NCBI GenBank assembly: GCA_022813865.1
Contig: JALDZX010000024.1
Location: 124,001 to 188,000 of the forward strand
Length of the DNA: 64,000 nucleotides
Source of the DNA: Xylographa opegraphella
Taxonomy: Eukaryota
Direction of reading: 5' to 3'
Shown here: positions 61,971 to 64,000 of the stretch, piece by piece
How the letters are laid out: each line of letters begins with the position of its first letter
Position numbering within the stretch: position 1 is the first letter of the stretch
Made by a program: the position numbers and the translations under genes
Notes under the pieces: model-generated
Told to the model about the DNA's origin: nothing
The model's database searches: none
Seen by the model: the letters and a program-made list of their open reading frames with translations, nothing else

Positions 61971-64000
61971 ATGGCTGGGGTGAAGCGCAAGGAATATCCT
62001 CAGACAGGCGGACGTGCCAGAGAGACTACCAAGAAAGTGAAGACTGAGTCCCGAAAGAAAGTCCGTCCTATCACACCACCCTCAGACTTAGAGGCTCAGA
62101 CAGATTCGGATCCTATTGTCGAATCGGACACAACGGAGCATAGCGGAGATGACGATGGAGTGAGCTGGCCTTCGGATGATGAGGAGACTGTTATTCCTGT
62201 GATCAAAACCGGCATAAAAAATGTTGACGATGGCACAAAAACATCAAATCACTCAAAAGGTATAGAAAAGGTTGCAGGACCGGGAGGTAGGTCCAATGGC
62301 CCCCACAACCGTGAGTTGATCCTGCTTAGTTGATCCCGCTGTTGCTAATATCCTTCGAAGCTACTGCGTCTAAAGAAGCACACGCAAAACAAAAGGCGCT
62401 CGCTCAGGAACGCAAGGCCGCCAAGCCAAACGCGGATTCAATAGCTCGCGCCAAACAGTTATGGGAAAAGCTACGGATTCAATCCAAGGTTCCTTTGGAA
62501 GAGCGAAAGCAATTGATTGCTGAGTTATTTGACATAATAACGGGACGGGTGAAAGACTTTGTGCTGAAACATGACTCTGGGAGAGTTATACAGACTGCAT
62601 TGAAGTATGGCAATCTCGACCAGAGAAAGATGATAGCAAAAGAGCTCAAAGGTGAATATCGTGGTCTCGCAGAAAGCCGGTATGCCAAGTTCATGATTGG
62701 CAAGCTCTTGGTACATGGGGACGACGAGATCAGAGACCTAGTGATTCCAGAATTCTATGGTCACGTTCGGCGGATGATCAAACATCCTGAAGCGGCTTGG
62801 ATCCTAGACGACGTGTATCGAGGGGCCGCAACGCCAAAGCAGAAAGCTATACTGCTGCGAGAGTGGTATGGAGCAGAATTTGCCATTTTCCGGTCGGAAA
62901 AGGACTACAAACCTCAAAGTGATCTTAAACTTCTTCTCACGGAGAATCCTGAGAAGAGAGCACCAATATTGCGCTCCTTGTTCGAGCTTATCAACCAGCT
63001 TGTACAAAAGAAAACCATTGCTTTTAGCATGTTGCACGATGCCATGTTGCAGTATTACCTGAATGTGGTGCCCGGAAGCGAAGAAGCAACGGAATTCGTC
63101 GAGTTACTGAAAGGCGACGAAGAAGGGGATCTGTTGAAGAACCTCGCTTTCACTAAGTCAGGCTCTCGCCTCGTTTCTTTGGCTCTAGCATATAGCAGCG
63201 CCAAAGACCGGAAGCTATTATTGAAGACCTACAAGAATACGATCGAGACGTTAGCATTTGATGCACACGGGCACCAGGTTCTCCTAGCCGCCTACGATGT
63301 CATTGATGATACCGTCCTCACTGCCAAGTCTATCTTCAGCGAATTCCCTACGAAAGAATCGAAACAAAGTGAAAGCGAGCAGCACGCAGATCTGTTTACT
63401 TATGTCACAAGTCTCAATGCACGAATACCTATCCTTTATCTTTTCGTCAGTAAGCCAAGTTCAATACTGCCAGCAGACGACATCAGTCTTTTGAAGGAGA
63501 TCCATGGTATACGATCCACAACCTCGAAAAAAGATCCGGACATAAGACGTAAGGAACTTGTGAAAGCCCTCTCGCCAAGTTTATTGTCTTACATTGCCAA
63601 AAACGCCGAAGCACTTCTGCAGAACAGCTTCGGATGTCAGTTCGTCAGCGAAGTCCTGCTTAACGCTGAAGGCGACAAAAGCGAAGCCTTGGGCGCCATT
63701 ACGAGTCTCACTGAAAGCAATGGAGAGACTCCAGACTATTTGCAATCTCCTGCAGCAAGTAGAATGCTCAAATCTCTGGCCTTAGGTGGCCGTTTCAACC
63801 CGAAGACCAAGGCTATCGACCTCGCAGATCCGCCTCTGAAGTTTAACGACATGCTGTACAATAAGCTGGGATCTTACATTGTAGCATGGATGAGGGGGCC
63901 AAATGCATTCGTCATCGTTGGACTGCTGGAGTCTGTAGATTTTAGCCATAAGGACGAGCTCAAAGCGCTGATCAAAAAACACCGCAACGAATTGCAAAAC
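61971..64000 (+). CDS. PUF6: Pumilio-family nucleolar RNA-binding protein Puf6, truncated by the window end
   Basis: Intron 62311-62360, then SKEAHAKQKALAQERKAAKPNAD, FVLKHDSGRVIQTALKYG, LAESRYAKF, TSKKDPDIRRKEL; open to 64000. Confidence 0.92.

Noticed and set aside
1..64000. Transposable elements, RIP-degraded tracts or a secondary-metabolite cluster
   Set aside because: No transposase, reverse transcriptase, PKS or NRPS motifs, terminal repeats or AT-rich blocks seen.

Overview
Gene-dense eukaryotic DNA from a filamentous ascomycete (Pezizomycotina-type short GT-AG introns with CTRAC/CTRAY branch sites). I assembled about 26 protein-coding genes by hand, mostly housekeeping: NUP120, a bHLH transcription factor, SFT2, ATP10, a family X DNA polymerase, GOS1, RPL35, IML2, SEM1, PGK1, an Mpv17-family gene, TRS65, PRP40, RLI1, CHD1, RAD51, a YSA1-like Nudix hydrolase, PUF6 and several hypothetical genes. 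There is one assembly gap, and I recognised no transposon or RNA gene. The most interesting signals are hidden coding information. (1) The Rtg3/TFEB-like bHLH gene has a ~1.4 kb AUG-free upstream stretch. Splicing it gives a non-AUG N-terminal extension carrying a calcineurin-docking-type PxIxIT motif, and a stop-containing cassette exon could switch this extension off. (2) A 69-codon ORF overlaps the stop codon of the ribosome-recycling factor RLI1. (3) A cryptic intron across the PGK1 stop codon creates a peroxisomal SRL terminus. (4) A spliced 117-aa membrane-protein gene is missing from the ORF track. Family calls come from recalled motifs, not database searches. Splice models are unverified by RNA data.
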